Assembly (NCBI GenBank): GCA_964511155.1
Contig: CAZEEJ010000004.1
Span: 1,160 to 65,159 of the forward strand
Direction of reading: 5' to 3'
Origin: an uncultured Planctomycetales bacterium
Lineage (GTDB): Bacteria; Planctomycetota; Phycisphaerae; UBA1845; PWPN01
Length of the DNA stretch: 64,000 nucleotides
Positions 57,887-64,000 of the stretch are shown here, piece after piece. How positions within the stretch are numbered: the first letter of the stretch is position 1; each line of letters opens with the position of its first letter. A program made the translations under genes and the position numbers. The notes below the pieces were generated by a model, which was given only the letters and a program-made list of their open reading frames with translations, made no database searches and was not told the DNA's origin.

Positions 57887-59125
57887 ATGGCCAAGCGACG
57901 AGTCGTCATCACGGGCATGGGGGCAATCACGCCCCTGGGGAGTACCGTCGATGAGTACTGGGACGGGCTCGTGTCCGCCCGCTCGGGGATCGGACCGCTC
58001 ACCCAATTCGACACGACCGACTACGACACCAAGATCGCCGGTGAGTGCCGCGACTTCGACCCGACCCGCTGGATTGAGGCCAAAGCCTGCAAACGGATCG
58101 ACCGTTTCGCCCAGTTCGCCCTGGCCGCCGCCATCGACGCCATGCGCGACAGCGGCGTCGACATGGCCGCCGTTGACCCCTTCCGTGTCGGCGTGATCAT
58201 CGGGTCGGGGATCGGCGGCATCTTCGAACTCCAGACCCAGTACCTGCGGCTCATCCGCAAGGGACCGTCCAAGATCTCCGCCTTCACCATCCCCAAGCTC
58301 ATGGTCAACGCCGGCAGCGGCAACATTGCCATCCATTTCGGCATCCGCGGGCCCAGCAGCGCCGTCGCTACCGCCTGCGCCTCCGCTACCAATGCCATGG
58401 GCGACGCCGTTTTCTGCATCCGCCGCGGAGACGCCGACATGGTCATCACCGGCGGCAGTGAGGCCGCCGTCATCGAGATCAGTGTCGGCGCCTTCAACGC
58501 CATGCACGCCCTCAGCACCCGAAACGACGACCCGCTACACGCCAGCCGGCCCTTCGACCGCGGCCGCGACGGGTTCGTCATCAGCGAAGGGGCGGGCGTC
58601 CTCATCTTCGAAGAATACGAACACGCCCGCAAACGCTCCGCACCGATCTATGCCGAGGTCCTGGGCTTCGGCCTCAGCTCCGACGGCGCGCACATTACCC
58701 AGCCGGACGAGACCGGCACCGGCCCCGCCGTGGCCATGCGACAGTGCATCGCCGACGCCGGCATCAATGCGGACGATCTCGATTACATCAACGCCCACGG
58801 AACCAGCACCCCCCTGGGCGACATCGCCGAGACCCGAGCCATCAAGCAGGCCCTCGGCACCGCGGCCACTCACGTCCCCGTCAGCAGCACCAAGTCCGCC
58901 ACCGGCCACCTTCTCGGGGCCAGCGGCGGCATCGAGCTCATCGCCTGCGTCAAGGCCATCCAGCACGGCGTGCTCCCCCCGACCATCAACCTCGAGAGCC
59001 CCGATCCCGAGTGCGACCTGGATTACGTCCCCAATCATGCACGCGATGCCAAGGTCAGCCTGGCCATGAGCAACTCGTTCGGCTTCGGCGGCCACAACGC
59101 CTGCGTCCTCATCGGGCGGGTCTGA
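57887..59125 (+). CDS. fabF: 3-oxoacyl-ACP synthase II
   Basis: ORF trimmed to the ATG at 57887. Active-site ACASATNA, HGTSTPLGD, GHLLGASGG. Confidence 0.95.
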   Translation: MAKRRVVITGMGAITPLGSTVDEYWDGLVSARSGIGPLTQFDTTDYDTKIAGECRDFDPTRWIEAKACKRIDRFAQFALAAAIDAMRDSGVDMAAVDPFRVGVIIGSGIGGIFELQTQYLRLIRKGPSKISAFTIPKLMVNAGSGNIAIHFGIRGPSSAVATACASATNAMGDAVFCIRRGDADMVITGGSEAAVIEISVGAFNAMHALSTRNDDPLHASRPFDRGRDGFVISEGAGVLIFEEYEHARKRSAPIYAEVLGFGLSSDGAHITQPDETGTGPAVAMRQCIADAGINADDLDYINAHGTSTPLGDIAETRAIKQALGTAATHVPVSSTKSATGHLLGASGGIELIACVKAIQHGVLPPTINLESPDPECDLDYVPNHARDAKVSLAMSNSFGFGGHNACVLIGRV

Positions 59126-59257
59126 TCGCCCGGTCAAGTTCGCCACCCGATCGGCCGATAACTCCCAGGGACGGGCTCGATCCCCGCGCCGGAGGCGTCA
59201 CGGCCTTTGCGCCTCTGTGCCTTCGTGCCCCCGGTCTCCGCGCTGGAGCGGTTGCGC

Positions 59258-59755
59258 ATGCCCGAAAGACAAGAAGAGGATATCGACGCCCTGCTGGCCG
59301 AGGTCAACGCCCTCGCCGACGAAGCCGTGGCCGAGATCGTCGGGCAGGAGCCCGCCGGCGACACCTTTGACGCCGACGTCCCCTTCTCCCCCGTGACCGA
59401 GCCACTCTCCCCCGTGACCGAGCCTCTTGCGGCCCACAGCGCACCAACGCCCCCCGCTGACCCGGCCCCGGCCTCAGCCCTGACCACAAAGGTCGAGGAC
59501 CTCGACCGCATCCTCCGGCTTCAGGTCCCGGTCATCGTGCAGCTCGCCTGCCGCACCATGCCCCTCTCGGAGATCATCACCCTCAGCACCGGCGCCATCA
59601 TCGAGTTCGAGAAGCTCGCCGACAGTGACCTCGACCTGGTCATCAACAACAAGTGCATCGGCCAGGGCCAGGCCGTCAAGGTCAGCGAGAACTTCGGCCT
59701 GCGGGTCACCCACATCGGTTCCCTGCGGGCCCGCATCCGCGCCCTGGGCAAGTGA
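59258..59755 (+). CDS. FliN/SpoA-domain protein (flagellar switch / type III sorting-platform family) with an acidic, proline-rich N-terminus
   Basis: Start at the ATG at 59258. The C-terminal about 80 aa (ILRLQVPVIVQLACRTMPLSEIITLSTGAIIEFEKLADSDLDLVINNKCIGQGQAVKVSENFGLRVTHI) match the FliN C-terminal consensus as I remember it. The N-terminal part contains the tandem SPVTEPL SPVTEPL. Confidence 0.75.
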   Translation: MPERQEEDIDALLAEVNALADEAVAEIVGQEPAGDTFDADVPFSPVTEPLSPVTEPLAAHSAPTPPADPAPASALTTKVEDLDRILRLQVPVIVQLACRTMPLSEIITLSTGAIIEFEKLADSDLDLVINNKCIGQGQAVKVSENFGLRVTHIGSLRARIRALGK

Positions 59756-59813
59756 CCCCCGTACCCCCGTCGTGCTTGCGGATCGCCAGCTTCCCCTGTC
59801 GCCTGCCCAGATC

Positions 59814-61451
59814 CTACCCGGCTACCAGATCCGCCGGCGCGCTCGCAAACGGCAAATCGCTGACGGTCACCTCCGGGTTGCGCTCCTGGAAGTACCGCAG
59901 CTTCCAGTTGTCCTGGAACAGCAACACCCGCTGCCCCCGGCCGTCGGTTGCCAGGCGAACCCCGTGCGGCAGGACCATACTTTCAACCCTGGTCGCGGGA
60001 TCGAGCCAGCGAGCCAGCGTCCAGGACGTCCCCTCGATTCGCGAGGCCGCCCCATACTCGGACTCCAGCCGGTACTGCACGATCTCGAACTGAAGCGGGC
60101 CGACCGCTCCCAGCAGCGGGACCTTCCGCGTCGCATCCGCCAGCTCGTACGTCTGCACCACCCCTTCCTGAAGGAGCTGGCTCAGGCCGTCGCGGAACCG
60201 CTTGAAGTTGGCCGGCTCGGGATTCTCCAGATACGCAAAGCACTCCGGGGCAAAACGCGGAATCTCGTCATAGACGATCGAGGCATCTTCCGTCAGCGTA
60301 TCGCCGATCGCGAACTTGGCGTTGCCGACGATGCCCACCACGTCGCCGGGGTAGGCCTCATCCACGGTTTCCCGCTCCTGGCCGAAGAGTTTGGCGGCGT
60401 TCGACAGTCGAATCGTTTTGCCGGTCCGTGCATGCCGAACGGTCATGTCCCGCTCGAATTTGCCCGAGACCACGCGAACGAAAGCGATGCGGTCGCGGTG
60501 GCGCGGGTCCATGTTCGCCTGGATCTTGAAGACAAAACCGGAGAAGAGCGGGTGTGTCGGCTGGATCAGGTCGGCCCCGCTGCGCCGACCGACCGGCGGC
60601 AGCGAGTGCTTCAAAAAGCCGTCCAGCAGCAGTTGCACGCCGAAGTTGTTCAAGGCGCTGCCGAAGTAGACCGGCGTGGTCCGCCCGGCCGCGACCTCGT
60701 CAGGCTGGAACTCGGCCCCCGCCCCCTCAAGCATCTCCACCTCGTCACAGACGGCACGATGGATGGTCTCGTCCAGACGGTCGCGGACCAGCGCGTCGGA
60801 CAGGCCCACCGTCGAGACCGGTGCGCGGTGCGCCCCGCCGGGCGTGCGTTCGTAGAGGTGGGCCATCCGCGTCCGACGATCCCATACCCCCTTGAAGTTG
60901 GTCCCCGTACCGAGCGGCCAGTTCATCGGGTACGCGGAAATGCCCAGGACGCTCTCCAGCTCATCCAGCAGGGCCAGCGGATCCCGAGCCGGGCGATCGA
61001 GCTTGTTCATGAAGGTGAAGATCGGCACGCCTCTGTGCCGGCAGACCTCGAAGAGCTTGCGGGTCTGACTCTCGATGCCCTTGCCGGCATCGATGACCAT
61101 GACCGCCGCGTCCACCGCGGTCAGCACCCGGTACGTATCCTCGGAGAAATCCTTGTGCCCCGGCGTGTCCAGCAGGTTGATGCGGAAGCCACGGTAGTCG
61201 AACTGCAGAACCGTGGAGCTGATCGAGATGCCGCGCTTCTTTTCCAGCTCCATCCAGTCGGAGGTGGTGGCCCGCTGAGTCTTCCGCGCCGTCACCGAAC
61301 CGGCCAGGTTCACCGCTCCGCCGTAGAGCAGGAACTTCTCGGTGAGCGTGGTCTTGCCGGCGTCGGGGTGCGAGACAATGGCGAACGTCCGCCGCCGGGC
61401 AATCTCCTGAAGCGACATGCGCTGTACGCTGGTTGTGGTCATGTCCATCAT
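59814..61451 (-). CDS. prfC: Peptide chain release factor 3
   Basis: RRTFAIVSHPDAGKTTLTEK, DTPGHKDF, NKLD. Start at the ATG at 61451 or one of three in-frame ATGs just downstream. Confidence 0.93.
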   Translation of the reverse strand: MMDMTTTSVQRMSLQEIARRRTFAIVSHPDAGKTTLTEKFLLYGGAVNLAGSVTARKTQRATTSDWMELEKKRGISISSTVLQFDYRGFRINLLDTPGHKDFSEDTYRVLTAVDAAVMVIDAGKGIESQTRKLFEVCRHRGVPIFTFMNKLDRPARDPLALLDELESVLGISAYPMNWPLGTGTNFKGVWDRRTRMAHLYERTPGGAHRAPVSTVGLSDALVRDRLDETIHRAVCDEVEMLEGAGAEFQPDEVAAGRTTPVYFGSALNNFGVQLLLDGFLKHSLPPVGRRSGADLIQPTHPLFSGFVFKIQANMDPRHRDRIAFVRVVSGKFERDMTVRHARTGKTIRLSNAAKLFGQERETVDEAYPGDVVGIVGNAKFAIGDTLTEDASIVYDEIPRFAPECFAYLENPEPANFKRFRDGLSQLLQEGVVQTYELADATRKVPLLGAVGPLQFEIVQYRLESEYGAASRIEGTSWTLARWLDPATRVESMVLPHGVRLATDGRGQRVLLFQDNWKLRYFQERNPEVTVSDLPFASAPADLVAG

Positions 61452-61685
61452 CCAGAGGCCAATTCGTCGTATCCGATCTCCGGCCCTTGCCTGCAGAGTG
61501 GCAACCGACCGACGGTCACCGCGAGCTGGAGCACAAACCAAAGGTTCAAACGAGGGTAATCAGCAGGGAATCAGGGTGGAGTCGTACCCCGCAACGACGG
61601 TAGTGCGAACAAGCTGGACATTCGAATCGCCTGCGTGCTCATCATGGCGGCATTGTACCCGCCCGCCCGCCCAATGAAAAGGGGC

Positions 61686-61823
61686 GGGTGGCCCATCCTT
61701 GAGCAACCGGTTCCGTGACACTTCCTTGCGCAGCAAAGGTGGGTCCACGATGATCCGACACGCGGGAAGGGTTCCTTCACCAAGAGACCCTTCCGCAGCC
61801 GCATCATCGTGAACCCACCCGCC
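61686..61823. repeat. Repeat family F, copy 3 (left arm interrupted, right arm truncated)
   Basis: gggtggcccatccttgagcaaccggttccgtgacacttccttgcgcagcaaaggtgggtccacgatgatccg … gcatcatcgtgaacccacccgcc. Confidence 0.65.
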
Positions 61824-62030
61824 TGAAACAGCGAACAGGTTCCAGAACCCCACACACCAGGGGCGGCGGGGCATGGGCCTCAAGCGTGCGGAGGAGCAGG
61901 GGAATCGCCGGCCGCGCTTGCCCCGAAACCGATGTACCGGGGCGATGGAAAGATCCCTCTCTCACACGCGGGCCGGAGGAGTTTCTCGCACACGCCCTAC
62001 GGACGGCCCCATGCCCTCGCCGCCTCACCG

Positions 62031-63425
62031 TCAGTCTACCGCCGGCTGCTCATCCGGCTGGCGAGGCAGCCGTTCATGGCCGGGGGATTCGGCCGACCAC
62101 AACTCGCTGCCCAGCGCGGCATCGCGCAGTTGCACGGATTGCTCACCCTTGCGAATCTCTGTCGCCAGGATCACGGATCGATCGCCCACCATTGAGTGGG
62201 AGCCGATCACGGTGATCCGGTCACCCTTGGCCAGGCTCAACCCATGCTGCTGGACAAAATCGGCCGGGCCGCCGTGCACGATCGCCACGCTCCCGTCCAA
62301 GCCGCGGAGGTGCAGCTCCTGACACTCGACCGTACTCCCGGTGGCCCGGAAGCTGCCCATGCGGTCAATCGTCCCTTCGATCGTCCGCATGTGTTCCGGA
62401 TCGAAACGCACCGCGTGCCCTGTATCCGGACCCACGTACCCGAACACCTCCCAGTAAGGCTCCTGGTTAAAGCGCTCGTGGATGCGGCGCGCGAAAGTCC
62501 GGTTGGACAGGTCACTGGGCGATTCACCCGACTTGAAAGCCACGGCCTCCAGGGTCTCGCTGGTCGTGGCGACACGGGCGATCTGGTCCTGCTCACGCAA
62601 CTCGACCGAGGACCACGGGACGGCGGCCTGGCTCTGGCCTATACCGAGCAGACCCCCAAAACCCACGATCGCGTAGGCCAGCCGGCCTCTGTACAGATCT
62701 ACCATCACATGCTCGATGGTGCCCAGTTCCTCCTTCTGAGGGTTATCGACCGACAGACCGACCAGCCCGCTGACCTTGCGGCCCCAGAGCTTGTCTGCCG
62801 GAGTCGGCTTGGCCGCCGGTTCGGTCGGCGGCTCAACCGCCTCGCCTTCCGGAGCGGGGGCCGCCTCATGCACGGTCGCCTCCAGGCCACGAGCCATCCT
62901 CTTCCCCCTCATCTCATCGTGCTTGGCTTCCCGCCCCATCCGCTCCTCCTGGCCGTAGAAGCGGTCGATCTCCGAACACCAGCTCCGGTCGTCGAAGTTC
63001 GGGTACCGGTCCTCCGCAAAGCCCGGTGCCGACGCCAGCTTCTGCTTCTCCATATCCAGCACCAGCGTCTTCCGGTCCTCGCTCAGCAGCAGCGCCGACC
63101 AGGGGACGGCGTAAAGCTGATCGCCGGCCTCCGTCACGGGCTTGAAATCCGCAAGCGCATAGATAATGCGATCGCGGTTACGGTTGAGGATCAATTCCTT
63201 CACCTTCCCGTACTTCTCGCCGGAGATCCCCTCGATCTTCGTGCCGATCAGCTTGTTCGCCTCCGTTAGCCGAGGCACAAAGCCGTGGGTCACACCGGGC
63301 TCGGCGGTCCTGGCTTCCGTTCCCTTCGCCCCATACGGTTTCTCTTCGCCCGCGCTGACCGGCAGGCACAGCCCCAACGCCACAAGCCCGGCCAGCGAAC
63401 CTAGAGCGATTCTCGACGTCCGCAT
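62031..63425 (-). CDS. Secreted protein with two PRC-barrel-like domains and an unassigned C-terminal domain
   Basis: ORF trimmed to the ATG at 63425 (RBS aaggag). Signal peptide ALGSLAGLVALGLCLPVSAG. Repeated G.V.…LYAVPWSAL / AAVPWSSVEL segments are typical of PRC barrels. Confidence 0.7.
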   Translation of the reverse strand: MRTSRIALGSLAGLVALGLCLPVSAGEEKPYGAKGTEARTAEPGVTHGFVPRLTEANKLIGTKIEGISGEKYGKVKELILNRNRDRIIYALADFKPVTEAGDQLYAVPWSALLLSEDRKTLVLDMEKQKLASAPGFAEDRYPNFDDRSWCSEIDRFYGQEERMGREAKHDEMRGKRMARGLEATVHEAAPAPEGEAVEPPTEPAAKPTPADKLWGRKVSGLVGLSVDNPQKEELGTIEHVMVDLYRGRLAYAIVGFGGLLGIGQSQAAVPWSSVELREQDQIARVATTSETLEAVAFKSGESPSDLSNRTFARRIHERFNQEPYWEVFGYVGPDTGHAVRFDPEHMRTIEGTIDRMGSFRATGSTVECQELHLRGLDGSVAIVHGGPADFVQQHGLSLAKGDRITVIGSHSMVGDRSVILATEIRKGEQSVQLRDAALGSELWSAESPGHERLPRQPDEQPAVD

Positions 63426-63568
63426 GACATCACTCCTTTTTCCAGACACGCGGCGCTCGAGGGTGCGATTCACTCGATCGCGAAGGTCTACCGCCATCCG
63501 ACGGTCCCGCCTCGAGCGTCAATCGCTTATATTGTGAGTATATGCCCGCCAGGTTCGACGGAAGGCGA

Positions 63569-63626
63569 TGTGAAATCAAAAAAGCTGCAAATCCACAAGG
63601 GCGGCCACTTCGCGCCTGATTTCACA
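63569..63626. promoter_or_regulatory. Inverted repeat TGTGAAATCA-N38-TGATTTCACA in the AT-rich region upstream of the PRC-barrel gene
   Basis: Perfect 10-bp arms at 63569..63578 and 63617..63626, in the only AT-rich stretch of this intergenic region. Confidence 0.3.
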
Positions 63627-63698
63627 ATAGAAGTAACAGGAGCGTAGCGGACTCCGCCGTCCGGATCAGCGGCTCAGGGTTAAGGCACGCGCACCAAT

Positions 63699-64000
63699 TC
63701 AAGGCGCGCCACCTGGCGATTCAACGCTGCCAGCCGCGAGTTGGGGCGATTCAGCCGGTGCAGAGGGAACAACCAGTTGCTCCAAAAACCGCTCCCACGC
63801 GGCCGTCAACGGCTCCCTGGAGCCGAACGCAGCCTCAATCTCGTGCTCGAGCGTCGAGGGATCACGCCAACCCGGATCGGCAGCCGACAGCGCCGCAAGA
63901 TAGCGGCGCAGATCCGCACGCCGATGCGCAAACAAAAAGCGGAATACACCCCACGACTGGGCATACAGGTCGTTAGCCGCGTCCAGCTCGCCGGTGGCCG
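63699..64000 (-). CDS. Hypothetical protein, C-terminal part only (gene continues beyond the window end)
   Basis: The track lists 63699..63935 with a TTG start. My hand translation shows the frame stays open to 64000 (…ATGELDAANDLYAQSWGVFRFLFAHRRADLRRYL…), so the true start is probably outside the window. Confidence 0.45.
   Translation of the reverse strand, partial: ATGELDAANDLYAQSWGVFRFLFAHRRADLRRYLAALSAADPGWRDPSTLEHEIEAAFGSREPLTAAWERFLEQLVVPSAPAESPQLAAGSVESPGGAP

Overview
High-G+C bacterial chromosomal segment. Gene content (secreted CAZyme-like proteins, a sulfatase, TAT-exported Gfo/Idh/MocA oxidoreductases, LamG and PRC-barrel proteins) suggests a Planctomycetota/Phycisphaerae-like organism; that is inference only. 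I call about 57 protein-coding genes. I recognise no rRNA, tRNA, CRISPR array, transposase or integrase. Housekeeping blocks: gap; tsaC-PTP fusion plus rpiB; ilvD; cdsA; phoH-pgpH-ybeY-corC; mdh; trmJ; lgt; argB; lepA; rpmF-plsX-fabH-fabD-fabG-acpP-fabF; prfC. These are interspersed with secreted glycan-degrading and redox proteins. Two things stand out. (1) A small, visibly AT-richer accessory islet lies between mdh and trmJ (about 38.4-41.5 kb). It is bracketed by a duplicated piece of the mdh 3' coding region and carries a PIN toxin-antitoxin pair plus three same-strand genes I cannot assign to any family; this is the best candidate here for an undescribed accessory or defence-type cassette. 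(2) Almost every intergenic region longer than about 150 bp is a mosaic of at least eight short repeat families: hairpins, nested palindromes of 140-185 bp, 8-mer arrays and GGGGATC heptad arrays with G-quadruplex potential. These often start right at stop codons. Many long ORFs in the six-frame track are antisense shadows of real genes, as expected at this G+C, and several real genes needed start-codon trimming. All coordinates, alignments and motif calls were made by hand and eye. No database search, GC computation or folding was run.
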